From: Candidatus Brocadiaceae bacterium
GTDB taxonomy: Bacteria > Planctomycetota > Brocadiia > Brocadiales > Scalinduaceae
NCBI GenBank assembly: GCA_919901575.1
Contig: CAKKPF010000009.1
Coordinates: forward strand, 1 to 43,253
Reading direction: 5' to 3'
DNA: 43,253 nt
The stretch's first letter is position 1; each line of letters begins with the position of its first letter. Below the pieces are notes generated by a model, which made no database searches, was not told the origin of the DNA, and saw only the letters and a list, made by a program, of their open reading frames with translations. This document shows, one piece after another, positions 27,261-38,314 of this stretch. Position numbers and translations under genes: made by a program.

Positions 27261-28028
27261 ATGATCCTTCAAGATAAGACAATACTCATCGCCAACATTT
27301 CAGGCAAGCGAAGCACAGGTTGGGCAATAGCACAATCGCTAGCAGAACAGGGTGCAAAGATTGCTTATACCTATCAAAATGAAAGGTTCGGCAATGATGT
27401 CAGGCAGCTTTTCGAACCTTTAGACTCAATAGATGTTGGGGAATGTGACGTCACTTCCGATGACGATATAGACAAACTTTTTGAGCGACTGGGTAATAAT
27501 GTCGACTCCCTGGATGGATTGATACATACCCCTGCATTTGCTAAAGAAGAGGACCTCTCTAATGATTTTATCAATACATCACGGGACGGATTTAAGCTTG
27601 CTCTGGACATAAGCTGTTACTCTCTAGTTGCGTTATGCAGGCGCGCATTGCCATTGATGGAAGTTCGTGGCGGAGCCGTAATAGCGCTTACTTATATCGG
27701 AGGAGAAAGAGCTGTTAAGAATTATAATGTGATGGGTGTTGCCAAATCAGCGCTTGAATCCAGCATCAGGTACCTGGCAGTTGATTTAGGCCCGAAGAAC
27801 ATTCGCGCCAATGCGATCTCTGCCGGCCCTATGCGAACCCTGGCAGCCAGAGGCCTGAAAAATTTCACGGTAATGTACGAAGATATGAAAGAAAAGGCGC
27901 CTTTAAAACGGAACATAACTACAAGCGAGGTCGCTGATACCGCTTCTTTTCTATGCAGTGATTTAGCAAGCGGAATTACCGGAGAAATAATCCACGTAGA
28001 CGCAGGATATCATGCTATTGGCGTATAA
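27261..28028 (+). CDS. fabI: Enoyl-ACP reductase FabI
   Basis: YNVMGVAKSALE (YxxMxxxK), NAISAGPMRTLAA, ITGEIIHVDAG; AGGAG RBS. Confidence 0.95.
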   Translation: MILQDKTILIANISGKRSTGWAIAQSLAEQGAKIAYTYQNERFGNDVRQLFEPLDSIDVGECDVTSDDDIDKLFERLGNNVDSLDGLIHTPAFAKEEDLSNDFINTSRDGFKLALDISCYSLVALCRRALPLMEVRGGAVIALTYIGGERAVKNYNVMGVAKSALESSIRYLAVDLGPKNIRANAISAGPMRTLAARGLKNFTVMYEDMKEKAPLKRNITTSEVADTASFLCSDLASGITGEIIHVDAGYHAIGV

Positions 28029-28036
28029 TTAGGAAT

Positions 28037-28207
28037 AATGGGACGCAGATTTTCGCAGGTTTGCACAGATAAGAGACTTTTCCCTACCGGTGGTTCAGGC
28101 TTGCAGGATTGAACCAGCAAGGATCTTTTATTTAAAAAATATTTTAATCTGTGTGCCCGCCTGAATGGCGAAGTCGGGTAGGTATCTGCGAAAATCTGCG
28201 TCCCATT
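28037..28207. repeat. 171-bp palindromic element with perfect 22-bp terminal arms
   Basis: aatgggacgcagattttcgcag ... ctgcgaaaatctgcgtcccatt, between convergent fabI and radC. Confidence 0.75.
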
Positions 28208-28212
28208 CAGTT

Positions 28213-28953
28213 TCACTTCTTCATATCAAAATTTGTATTATAACGTTTTATCAAACCCTCGTCCGCAAAACTGAAATATTTCTCCTCGCCGATTATTATA
28301 TGATCCAGTACATTTATTTTCATAATCCTGCCTGCAAATACAAGTTCTTCGGTAATCGCCTTATCTTCACTGCTTGGTTTAGGTTCACCGGATGGATGGT
28401 TATGCGCAAAGATCATTGCCGCAGCGCCAAATTTATTTGCCAGGTTGATAATCTCTCTCACATACACATTGCTCATCGTTACAGTGCCTTCATGAGCGGT
28501 GACGATATCTATGACCTGATTTTGACTATTGAGGAATATTACTCTAAAAACTTCTTTTTTCAGATCCCTCATCCTTGGATAAAGCAGATCGTATGCTTTC
28601 TTTGAAGATGAGGCTATGCCTTCTACCTTTTTGGATTCTTCAAGAATCCTTTTCCCCAACTCTATTGAAGCTTTTATTTGCGCAATCTTTGCATCACTTA
28701 AGCCTTTAATACTGTACAACTCTTTTGACTCAAGTTTATCAAGGCCCCTCAAGCCCTTCGCTTCTCTGATTATTTGCCTTGCCAGATCAACAGCGCTTTT
28801 CCCTTTTACGCCAACGCGTAGTAATATTGCGAGCAACTCGGCATTTGTTAATGAATGAGGGCCAAATTTTAATAATCTTTCTCTCGGCCTCTCTTCTTCA
28901 GGCCAATTAATTATTGAATCTTCATAAACCTTATCTTTGGTCTTTTCTGTCAT
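28213..28953 (-). CDS. radC: RadC/JAB-domain protein
   Basis: ERPRERLL...AELLAILL N-terminus; HNHPSG...S..D and LDHIIIG JAB motif. Confidence 0.95.
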   Translation of the reverse strand: MTEKTKDKVYEDSIINWPEEERPRERLLKFGPHSLTNAELLAILLRVGVKGKSAVDLARQIIREAKGLRGLDKLESKELYSIKGLSDAKIAQIKASIELGKRILEESKKVEGIASSSKKAYDLLYPRMRDLKKEVFRVIFLNSQNQVIDIVTAHEGTVTMSNVYVREIINLANKFGAAAMIFAHNHPSGEPKPSSEDKAITEELVFAGRIMKINVLDHIIIGEEKYFSFADEGLIKRYNTNFDMKK

Positions 28954-28994
28954 AATATTTTATACCCTATTAAATTTAAAGATCAACATCGCAA

Positions 28995-29079
28995 ATGCCC
29001 TTAAAGGGCAAAATGATAAAGCCTGGGGTTTAAACCCCAGGAGAATAGAACAGGAAAAATATGCGCCCTGAAGGGGTGC
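28995..29079. repeat. Left triple-hairpin end of the Y1 transposase element
   Basis: tgcccttaaagggca, cctggggtttaaaccccagg, gcgccctgaaggggtgc. Confidence 0.85.
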
Positions 29080-29084
29080 TAGAA

Positions 29085-29537
29085 TCAATCCCAGATATAT
29101 TTTTCATCATAGGAAATGCTGTGTTTTTGAAGCAATAGCAAGAATTCCTCTTCAAATGTGATCTTTTTGTGATGCTCCTCCTGATTCTCAATATAACTTA
29201 TCACATTTTCAACAGAAGATTCACTGACGGAAAAAGCGCCATATCCACGCTGCCATGCGAAGTGCGAAGTACCCTTTGAGCTTTCATTAACCCATTTTGA
29301 TGAAGACCCCTTAATACGCCGCAACATTTCAGATACCGAAATGGAGGCGGAAAATCTGGCAAGAATATGAACGTGATTTAATGTACCCCCTATCTTGAGT
29401 AACTTCCCTTTCTCTTCACGAATGATCCCACCAATATAAGGATAGAGTTCAACGGAAAGCGCCGGTATTATTAAGTTCTGTCTCTTCCTGGTGGTAAATA
29501 CAATGTGATATAGCAGATTTGTGAGTGTGCTTGCCAT
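29085..29537 (-). mobile_element. tnpA: IS200/IS605-family Y1 (HUH) transposase, RAYT-like
   Basis: YHIVFTT, NHVHIL (HUH), IKGSSSKW, FAWQRGYGAFSVS, YIENQEEHH (catalytic Tyr). Confidence 0.92.
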
Positions 29538-29555
29538 TGCTTTCTTTCATTCCTT

Positions 29556-29639
29556 GCACCCCTTCAGGGTGCGGTTATTGGTACCTTTATACCCTGGGGT
29601 TGAAACCCCAGGCTTTACAATTATGCCCCGCAAGGGCAT
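29556..29639. repeat. Right triple-hairpin end (inverted copy of 28995-29079)
   Basis: gcaccccttcagggtgc, cctggggttgaaaccccagg, tgccccgcaagggca. Confidence 0.85.
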
Positions 29640-29798
29640 CAATTTTATCAATTAGATTCTTCTGCCATATCCTCCCTCAAAACAACAAGGTGCGCCAATA
29701 TGTTATTCTGAGCGACCAGAGGAAGCAAAGACTCTCTAGTTTGTTTGCAATAATTCTTCAAGGAGAAGAAAAGATAACAGTTTTACCCTTTGTGGCTC

Positions 29799-29896
29799 CC
29801 CTGTTAGATAATGTAAAATAACCATTTTTTGTACGATAAGCACACATTAATCACGATAAACGTAGTTGATTGTTGGATAAGTTCTATCTAACAGGG
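29799..29896. repeat. 98-bp element with 12-bp inverted ends ccctgttagata/tatctaacaggg
   Basis: Perfect 12-bp inverted repeat, intergenic. Confidence 0.5.
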
Positions 29897-30235
29897 TGAA
29901 TTCGTGACTTCGTGCCTTTGTGTGATTATTTTTTTGAATGCTATATTTGGCAGGATCGTTCATTTATTTACTTCCCTGTAAAAATAAACTTACTTATAAA
30001 AGCGTATCCATCATCCGATGGTGTATATATCTGCGTGGCATGAAATCTAGTAGATTGTAACAATTCTAAGATTATAATACTCAAGTAATTATTGAAATCA
30101 AGAGGAAAATTGAAGGGTTGAAAATGGGATTTCCTATAGAATCAAGTTATTGTATAATGCTTCTTTGATCACAAAGCTACAATGGCAGGAAGATAAATCA
30201 GAGAGAATCAAAACGTTCATCGGGAATGACAGAAA

Positions 30236-32605
30236 ATGAATGACCTGAAAAAAGAAAACGGTTATATATTAGTGGTCGTCATCGGCATATTGACAATCCT
30301 TTCCTTGATGGCAATCACGTTCGCCACACTGTCACGAATAGAAACCAGGGCTACCAGGAATTATACCGATAGTGTGAAATGCGAGATGGTCGCAAAGGCG
30401 GGACTGGAACATGCACTATACGTATTAAGACTGGACAAGTTTGGGGCTGATACAATTGCATATAATGGCGATAACGGTGATGAAAACTACGATTGGTCTG
30501 GCGAAACATGGATGCCCGGCAATATAGACCTCGCAAACCCCATAACATCTTTTGCTGGTTCTGATACTAGTTATTATGACAATGATGGTGACAGTATACC
30601 AGATTCTAAATGGATATACTTTCCTGCAACCGCTACAACCGGCACAAATACAACTGCCATACGACTCCCAGGTAATCTTCTGGCTAGATACGCCATTTTA
30701 ATAACGGATGACAGGGAGGCAAGGGTTAATATAAACGTAACCGGAAACAAGGCAAATGGTGGTGCATATACCTCTAACGAAGGATGGTCAACATTTGAGA
30801 TTGATCTGTCGAATATAATTGAACTGGCGGCAACTGGTAAGGGAACCGCAACAGCAAGTGATATTATTGACGCAAGATTCGGAACAGACACACTTCCGGG
30901 TACCATTGGAGATGATGATCCTGGAAAAATCCCTGACCCTCAAACAGATGGCATTGACAATGACGGAGATTTGATTGCTGACGAGTTTGAAGAAGAAAAA
31001 AATGAACCAGACGAATTCAATTCAATCTCTCCATATATTGATGATGTGCCTTTTGGCCTACTCACGGAAGCCGAGATTATGGGTACTTCTTCGTACACAA
31101 GCAGACTTGAAGATATCTTCGGTACTAATACTGTATCTCAAGCTGATCAGGAAACTCTTAAAGGCTGGTTAACTACTTACTCTGCCGACACAATAGTGTG
31201 TCCGTCCTATACACTTGGGACATCTACAGCAACAACTATGTTAAATATCAATGCGCTGGTAAATAATGAAGGTGCATATACTGCTACCGGCACTTACGAT
31301 TCTGACAAAAAGGTAGAGATGATTATGGATGCACTGGTAGCAGGAGGGATAACAGGCGCATTAGGTTCTGCAGGCTATGTTGAACGCCACCAACTGGCAG
31401 TTAATATAAAAGACTTCATTGATTCTGACGGCACTGTAACGACATATTTAGATGGTCCGAACACATATTATGGTATTGAAAAGACTCCATACATAAATGA
31501 AGTAGAAGCAGAGGTGAACGGTGCCACAGCAGGCGGCCTGGGTAAATATATAGAATTATTTAACCCATACGATACTGATGTTGTTATAACAGGCTGGACA
31601 ATTACGGGTGGTACATCCATGCCCAGCACAACACTTAGTGGTACTATTCTAGCTCAAGATTACTTTGTCATAGCTGATGACTCAGCTGCATATTTGACTT
31701 TTGCTTATGAAGGTGTAACCCCTCCAGATCAAACCCACATCAATGTTAACAGTCTCACGGCCAATGGTGAGGTCTTAACCTTAAGTGATAGTAACGCTAA
31801 CGATGTCCAGGTTACATACTATGGTCAGGCAGATAATACAACCAAGACGAGGCAGTTAAATGACCCCAGACCAACACCTTTGAGTGCATCTTCATCTGAC
31901 CCATGGCTTTGGGCAACTTCAACTGAAACTGCTGGTGAAACAAACACCCCTACTTTTGATCCGACAGTTCCTGATGGTTGGGATACCATTACACCCACAT
32001 GGCCAGATAGTTTTCTTGTTACAGACAGAAGATTTTCGAATAAGGGATATATGGGTTTTATTCATAGAGGAAGCAAGTGGTCGAGCTTTAAGGTTGACGA
32101 CACTATTGCCTATCCGAATGTTTTGCAATACTTTACCATTACAGATCCATCAATGGATAATATTGATAACGATGGAGATGGTGATATAGACTCAGTTGAC
32201 ACAGGCACACAAACTGCCGATATAGATGGACGAGAGTATCGCATTCCCGGTTTGATTAATGTCAATACTGCTCCTGCCGAGGTACTGCAGTCATTGCCAA
32301 ATATAACTAATCCAATAGCAACGGCAATTGAGGGCAGTGGAAGTAAACCATTTACAAATATAGGGGATTTGGTAGATGATGTAATTGAGATTACCGGCGC
32401 AGGTACAAAATGGAATAAAGAAAAAACTTTCCGCTCAATCTCAAACCTGATTACGACGCGTTCAAACGTCTTTACAGTTTACGTTACGGCACAGATAACT
32501 GATGAAGCGATCTCCACTGTGTATGCCGAAAAGAGGATCATGGCAATCGTTGACCGTTCTGTTGACCCGATCAGGATTAGATATTTCAGATGGATTGTGG
32601 AATAA
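30236..32605 (+). CDS. GspK/PilX-like large minor pseudopilin with acidic Ca-binding-like repeats, lamin-tail-like and HhH domains
   Basis: KKENG/YILVVVIGIL class III-like signal lacking Glu5; DNDGD repeats; INEV...YIELFNP; INVNTAPAEVLQSLP; TTRSNVFTV C-terminus. Confidence 0.75.
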   Translation: MNDLKKENGYILVVVIGILTILSLMAITFATLSRIETRATRNYTDSVKCEMVAKAGLEHALYVLRLDKFGADTIAYNGDNGDENYDWSGETWMPGNIDLANPITSFAGSDTSYYDNDGDSIPDSKWIYFPATATTGTNTTAIRLPGNLLARYAILITDDREARVNINVTGNKANGGAYTSNEGWSTFEIDLSNIIELAATGKGTATASDIIDARFGTDTLPGTIGDDDPGKIPDPQTDGIDNDGDLIADEFEEEKNEPDEFNSISPYIDDVPFGLLTEAEIMGTSSYTSRLEDIFGTNTVSQADQETLKGWLTTYSADTIVCPSYTLGTSTATTMLNINALVNNEGAYTATGTYDSDKKVEMIMDALVAGGITGALGSAGYVERHQLAVNIKDFIDSDGTVTTYLDGPNTYYGIEKTPYINEVEAEVNGATAGGLGKYIELFNPYDTDVVITGWTITGGTSMPSTTLSGTILAQDYFVIADDSAAYLTFAYEGVTPPDQTHINVNSLTANGEVLTLSDSNANDVQVTYYGQADNTTKTRQLNDPRPTPLSASSSDPWLWATSTETAGETNTPTFDPTVPDGWDTITPTWPDSFLVTDRRFSNKGYMGFIHRGSKWSSFKVDDTIAYPNVLQYFTITDPSMDNIDNDGDGDIDSVDTGTQTADIDGREYRIPGLINVNTAPAEVLQSLPNITNPIATAIEGSGSKPFTNIGDLVDDVIEITGAGTKWNKEKTFRSISNLITTRSNVFTVYVTAQITDEAISTVYAEKRIMAIVDRSVDPIRIRYFRWIVE

Positions 32606-32633
32606 ATGTAGATTATACAGATGGAAGAATCAC

Positions 32634-32709
32634 GATTGAGGGATTGAAGAATTTGGGAATTGAGAGATTAAAGAGTTCCTGAATTCCCCAATACCTAAAT
32701 CCCTGAATT
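32634..32709. repeat. Degenerate 8-bp periodic inverted arrays between convergent genes
   Basis: (gggattga)-like units followed by (ccctgaat/cccaatac)-like units; similar unit near 38706. Confidence 0.5.
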
Positions 32710-32721
32710 AACAAATAACAT

Positions 32722-32949
32722 TTATTTTACTTCAACATCTTTATCATCAATATTTTTAATATCTTCTTCTACCTCGTCAACCTCATCCTTGACGCCTTTC
32801 AGGCCCTTTTTAAACTCTACAATTCCCTTCCCAATGGATCTCATAGTGCCCGGAAGCCTTTTGCCAAAAATTAACAGAGCTATAATGAGTATAATAATCC
32901 ACTCAAAACCACCAGGAATACCAAACCATCCAATTGGAATACCAAGCAT
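32722..32949 (-). CDS. tatA: Twin-arginine translocase TatA/E subunit
   Basis: EWIIILIIALLIFGKRLP...GKGIVEFKKG; GGAGG RBS. Confidence 0.93.
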   Translation of the reverse strand: MLGIPIGWFGIPGGFEWIIILIIALLIFGKRLPGTMRSIGKGIVEFKKGLKGVKDEVDEVEEDIKNIDDKDVEVK

Positions 32950-33144
32950 TTTAAATCACCTCCAATTTGTACTTCGATAGTAAATATTACGTGATTAAAC
33001 TTAATCCTTAATCTATTTTTTACTGTATGTCAAACTATTTTCGTAGAAGTATAATCGAATACATCGGTTATGATAGAAAAGCAAAAGGCCGGAAGCTGGA
33101 AGCAAGAATTACGATTGATGAATTGAAGAAAACCGATTTGAGTT

Positions 33145-34116
33145 CTATCTGTCTCGACTAACTACGTAATCGCCCAGTTCTAAGAGTGAGTTTTTATAAA
33201 CCGAATCCGGAATGATTGACAGATCATCCTGTGCTTTCTTTACTAATTGTCTTGCGGTCTCGTATGCGTAGTCAACAGCGTCATGTTCTTCGAGCAGGTC
33301 GGCTATCGCCGCTTTTGAGTCTTTACTATTGTTCTGAAAGATAAGCTCAAGTGCGCTTTCTTTACGGTCTGTCGGCAGTTTGTTTACTAGTCTGATAAAA
33401 GGCAGTGTCAGCTTCCCGCTCTGGGTGTCCAGGTTCATTGGTTTTCCCATTTCCTCCTCTTTACCCATTACATCCAGACAATCATCTATTATCTGAAATG
33501 CCATTCCGATCTTCGAACCATAGTTTGTAAGCACCTCGGTCTGTTTTTTGTTTGCCCCGGAAGAAATAGCCCCTAATTTACAACTGGCGGCGCACAGAGA
33601 AGCTGTTTTTTTCTCTATAATGCTTAAATATTCTGATTCTGTAACCTCAGCATCATAGCATCTTAAGAGCTGAACCATTTCACCTTCACACAAGATGTTT
33701 ATGGTTTGAGACATTATTATTGTCGCTATTTGAGAATCCAGAGCAGATAGTATGGTATAAGCCCTTGAAAAAAGGTAATCACCAAACAGGATAGAAATCT
33801 TCCTTCCCCATTTTGAGTTCATAGTCTCTACATGTCTTCTAACCTCTGCTTCATCAATAATATCATCGTGAACAAGGGTTGCCGTATGTATAAGCTCTAC
33901 AACAACCGCAAGGTCAATATGTTGCGGCATTAAATCACCTGAACATTGACCTGACAGTAATAGCAATGCCGGACGGAATCTTTTACCCTTTATCTTGCTT
34001 ATGTGCAATATTAAATCTGAAAGGCGCTTGTCGGTCGGAGAAATGTCATCGCTAAGCCGCTCCTCTACCTCGCGCATCTGATCTTTTAAAGGCTCTAAAA
34101 TAGCTTCCATACTCAT
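33145..34116 (-). CDS. Polyprenyl diphosphate synthase (IspB/HepT-like)
   Basis: GKRFRP, LVHDDIID...RR, KKTA, AFQIIDD. Confidence 0.93.
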   Translation of the reverse strand: MSMEAILEPLKDQMREVEERLSDDISPTDKRLSDLILHISKIKGKRFRPALLLLSGQCSGDLMPQHIDLAVVVELIHTATLVHDDIIDEAEVRRHVETMNSKWGRKISILFGDYLFSRAYTILSALDSQIATIIMSQTINILCEGEMVQLLRCYDAEVTESEYLSIIEKKTASLCAASCKLGAISSGANKKQTEVLTNYGSKIGMAFQIIDDCLDVMGKEEEMGKPMNLDTQSGKLTLPFIRLVNKLPTDRKESALELIFQNNSKDSKAAIADLLEEHDAVDYAYETARQLVKKAQDDLSIIPDSVYKNSLLELGDYVVSRDR

Positions 34117-34171
34117 CTAATATAGAACTCCAAACATTTTTCTATACGTATAAAGTGATATTGGGTTTAGT

Positions 34172-34200
34172 ATGTTATCAAGAACTTAAAAAAATGTCAA
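34172..34200 (-). promoter_or_regulatory. Putative sigma70 promoter of the polyprenyl synthase gene
   Basis: Minus strand TTGACA-17 nt-TAACAT. Confidence 0.55.
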
Positions 34201-34229
34201 TTATGTTTTATTTCATTTTTTAATATCAC

Positions 34230-34937
<708 letters not shown>

Positions 34938-34954
34938 TTAGTGACCAAAGGAAG

Positions 34955-36331
34955 CTAATTTATTTCAGTTATAGTTTCTATCGATTCATATATAATATCC
35001 ATCATCCTGTTCAACTGAGAAGTATTTATACTTAAAGGCGGCATTATGACTATAACGTTATCCAATGGCCTGGAAATCAGACCACGTTGTCTGGCTTCAA
35101 AACAGACTTTAGCTCCAATCTTCTCCTCCCAGGAGTAAGGTTCCTTCGTTTCCTTATTTCTAACCAGCTCTATACCGGCGACGAGGCCACTTTGTCTTAT
35201 GTCACCTACAGAATTAAGGTTTGTAAATCGTTCAAGCCTTTCCTTCAGCAATCTGATCTTTGGCTGCAACCCTTCAATAACCTTCTCATCTTCAAAGATA
35301 TCAAGACTTGCAAGGGCGGCTGAACATGCCAGGGGATGACCTGTATATGTATGTCCATGAAAAAATGTCTTCTGCTCGCCATAATCACCTATGAAAGCAT
35401 TATAAATTTCATCTGTCGTCAGTGTAACTGCTAAAGGCATGTAACCGCCATTTATTCCTTTAGAAAGCGCCATAATATCAGGTGTAACATTTTCATGGGC
35501 ACAAGCAAACATTTTTCCCGTGCGTCCAAAACCGACCATTATCTCGTCTGCAACGAAAAGGACGTTGTATTTTTCACATAACTCCTTTGCACGAGACAGG
35601 TAACCTTCAGGATGAACAATCATTCCTCCTGCGCCCTGAATAAGAGGCTCCATAACCATTGCAGCTATCGAATCCGAGTCCTTAGATAATATTTCTTCTA
35701 AATCTTTCAGACATTCAAACATACATTCGGTTTTATCTTTACCATGTGGACACCTGTAACAGTAAGGTGAAGGAGCAAAAAAGGTTTTAAACAAAAGAGG
35801 TTTGAAAACACTATGAAATATATCTATACCACCTACGCTAATCGCCCCCACCGTATCTCCATGATATCCGTGCTGTAACGCAACATAATTTGTCTTATTC
35901 TTATAACCTTTGTATTGCCAGTATTGAAACGCCATCTTTATGGCAACTTCCATGGCGGTGGAACCATTGTCCGAATAAAATACTTTGGCAAGGCCGTCAG
36001 GCGTTATATCTATCAGCCTTTTTGCCAGTTCAATCGCAGGTACATTTGAGAAACCAAGCAGGGTTGTATGTGCAACTTTATCGAGCTGTTCCCTGATGGC
36101 GTCATCAATCTCTTTTTTTCGGTGGCCATGTATGTTACACCACATTGAAGAAATACCATCTATATACTCGTTACCTTCAATATCTCTTAGTATAACACCT
36201 TCGCCATTTTCTATAATCACAGGTTTCTCTTTGACATAATCCTTCATCTGGGTAAAGGGGTGCCACACATACTCTCTGTCCCATGACTCTAATTGTTCTG
36301 TTGTCATCTCTACACTTGCTTGATTACGCAT
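34955..36331 (-). CDS. bioA: DAPA aminotransferase
   Basis: WHPFTQ, SSMW, YHGDT, EPLIQGAGGM, ADEI, LSKG, HGHTY; adjacent to bioD. Confidence 0.96.
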   Translation of the reverse strand: MRNQASVEMTTEQLESWDREYVWHPFTQMKDYVKEKPVIIENGEGVILRDIEGNEYIDGISSMWCNIHGHRKKEIDDAIREQLDKVAHTTLLGFSNVPAIELAKRLIDITPDGLAKVFYSDNGSTAMEVAIKMAFQYWQYKGYKNKTNYVALQHGYHGDTVGAISVGGIDIFHSVFKPLLFKTFFAPSPYCYRCPHGKDKTECMFECLKDLEEILSKDSDSIAAMVMEPLIQGAGGMIVHPEGYLSRAKELCEKYNVLFVADEIMVGFGRTGKMFACAHENVTPDIMALSKGINGGYMPLAVTLTTDEIYNAFIGDYGEQKTFFHGHTYTGHPLACSAALASLDIFEDEKVIEGLQPKIRLLKERLERFTNLNSVGDIRQSGLVAGIELVRNKETKEPYSWEEKIGAKVCFEARQRGLISRPLDNVIVIMPPLSINTSQLNRMMDIIYESIETITEIN

Positions 36332-36346
36332 AATTATAGATTCTTA

Positions 36347-37147
36347 TTAATTTCCTAAAACCAACTTATCGCCCTTTTTCAGATTTAAAACATCCCTGGC
36401 GCTGCCCAGATTTACTGATATTTCTAAATATCCTGAACTTCCAAATATTGCCAATGCCTCATTTTCTCCCACATCCGTATAAGATTTACAAATTCCGTTA
36501 ATCCTTTTCCTCCCCATTGTAATTACCAGTCTTTCAGGCCTGATCTTCATCCTGTCAATAATTTCCATATTAATATTAGTAACAAGATTGCCAAAACCGT
36601 CCACATATATAATTTCTGCCGTTAGCGCCCCGCCTGGCGAACGTATCGGTTTTGGCAGATCAATTTCATTTATCTTGTCCGTCCTTTTGCCCAGATCCTT
36701 ATGACTAACCCCTTTTGAGAGATGCGCCGCTACAGGTGCAAAGATGTCACGCCCGTGAAATGTATTACTGACTTCCGGCAGGAATAATTTCCCGTTCGTA
36801 ACCTCTCTGATTGATGGAGATTCCTCATTTGCAACAATAAATGAGAGTACTCCATTGTCAGGCGCAAGGAATAAGTAATCCTCAGTTTTTAAACAAAGAA
36901 TCTTCCTGCCACTTCCTACCCCAGGATCAACGACAACCACGTGGATAGTCCCCTTTGGGAAATAAGTATATGAGCTGTTAAGGACATAAGCAGCTTGAAA
37001 TACATTCTGGGGTTCTATGTTGTGACTAATGTCAATCACACTTGCTGACGGGTTGATATTGGCAATTACACCCTTCATCACACCTGCATATCCATCTAGT
37101 AAACCAAAATCAGTAATTAACGTTATTATTGATTGTTTTTTAGGCAT
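36347..37147 (-). CDS. SAM hydroxide adenosyltransferase / DUF62 (chlorinase-fluorinase family)
   Basis: ITDFG, VVDPGVG, PDNG, TFHGRDIF, YVDGFGN. Confidence 0.93.
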   Translation of the reverse strand: MPKKQSIITLITDFGLLDGYAGVMKGVIANINPSASVIDISHNIEPQNVFQAAYVLNSSYTYFPKGTIHVVVVDPGVGSGRKILCLKTEDYLFLAPDNGVLSFIVANEESPSIREVTNGKLFLPEVSNTFHGRDIFAPVAAHLSKGVSHKDLGKRTDKINEIDLPKPIRSPGGALTAEIIYVDGFGNLVTNINMEIIDRMKIRPERLVITMGRKRINGICKSYTDVGENEALAIFGSSGYLEISVNLGSARDVLNLKKGDKLVLGN

Positions 37148-37210
37148 ACATAAATCCTCTAAATTCTTTGTTAACTTTTATCATATTTATGAGTGTATAT
37201 GCTCCCAATA

Positions 37211-38308
37211 CTATCCAAATCCTCCAACAATTGGAATCCTGGCGCCGCACTTTGTACACATTCCATTCTTTATTTCAAATGTCTTCACGCCAAAACCAAC
37301 CCTTTCAATCAGCATTTTTCCACAGCTATGGCAATAAGTATTTTCCCACTTGTGACCGGGAACGTTTCCTGTATAGACATATTTAAGCCCTTCTTCAACC
37401 CCTATTTTTCTTGCCGATTCCAGAGTGGAAACCGGGGTTGACGGCACATGCGACAACTCAAGATATGGATGAAATCTACTTATATGCCATGGTGTCTCAT
37501 CTCCAAGATTCTGCACTATCCATCTGGCAATCTCATGCAACTCTTCAGTATCATCATTATAACCCGGCACCACGTTGGTAATTATCTCCACGTGCATGTC
37601 CCACTTTGATTTTGCCCTGATTGCGGCATCTAAAATCGGCCTTACACTCTTTACGTTTGCAACATCCCTATAGAAACAATGTCTGGAGTCCTGAAGTTCC
37701 GCACTTATTTTAATATCAGCCTCTGAAGCTTCTTCATTTCTCCTGTAACCGTCAAAACCCTTTATGTCAACCCTGTAGGCATCCAGATACGGCCCTATTG
37801 CATCCAATGCCTCCGGTTCTATATAACCGTTTGTCACAAAAACCGTGTATTGCCCCTTTTCCTTCGCTAATTTTGCACCATCAATTGCATATTCCATCCA
37901 TATTGTCGGCTCATTATACGTCCATGAAATTCCACTACATTTATTTTCCAACGAGAGATTTACCAGTTCTTCCGGAGAAATATAGGATGTGCCTCTGCCG
38001 CCATTATCAGTACGGGAATGAGCTATCTGCCAATTCTGACAATGTTTACAACGCATATTACAACCAAGAGAACCTATTGAGAATGTGTAGCTGCCGGGAT
38101 AAAAATGGTATAAGGGTTTCTTTTCGATTGCATCAGCACATGCCGATGAAACCCTGCCATAAATCATTGAATAGAGTTTGCCATCAATATTCTTTCTTAC
38201 CCCGCAGTAACCCAACTTACCATCTGCAATCACACACCTATGTGGGCACAAACAACAACTAACTTTCCTGCCCTCCTCTGCCTGATAAAATAGAGCTTCA
38301 TGTTTCAT
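37211..38308 (-). CDS. amrS: AmmeMemoRadiSam system radical SAM enzyme
   Basis: N-terminal CLCPHRC...C, IEKKPLYHF, CNMRCKHC, TYNEP, WHISRFHP, C-terminal CxxC...CxxC. Confidence 0.9.
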   Translation of the reverse strand: MKHEALFYQAEEGRKVSCCLCPHRCVIADGKLGYCGVRKNIDGKLYSMIYGRVSSACADAIEKKPLYHFYPGSYTFSIGSLGCNMRCKHCQNWQIAHSRTDNGGRGTSYISPEELVNLSLENKCSGISWTYNEPTIWMEYAIDGAKLAKEKGQYTVFVTNGYIEPEALDAIGPYLDAYRVDIKGFDGYRRNEEASEADIKISAELQDSRHCFYRDVANVKSVRPILDAAIRAKSKWDMHVEIITNVVPGYNDDTEELHEIARWIVQNLGDETPWHISRFHPYLELSHVPSTPVSTLESARKIGVEEGLKYVYTGNVPGHKWENTYCHSCGKMLIERVGFGVKTFEIKNGMCTKCGARIPIVGGFG

Positions 38309-38314
38309 TCTTGC

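Noticed and set aside
28165-28605. Long antisense ORFs (here and opposite iscS, nqrB, amrS and others)
   Set aside because: Shadows of well-supported genes on the opposite strand, with no motifs of their own.
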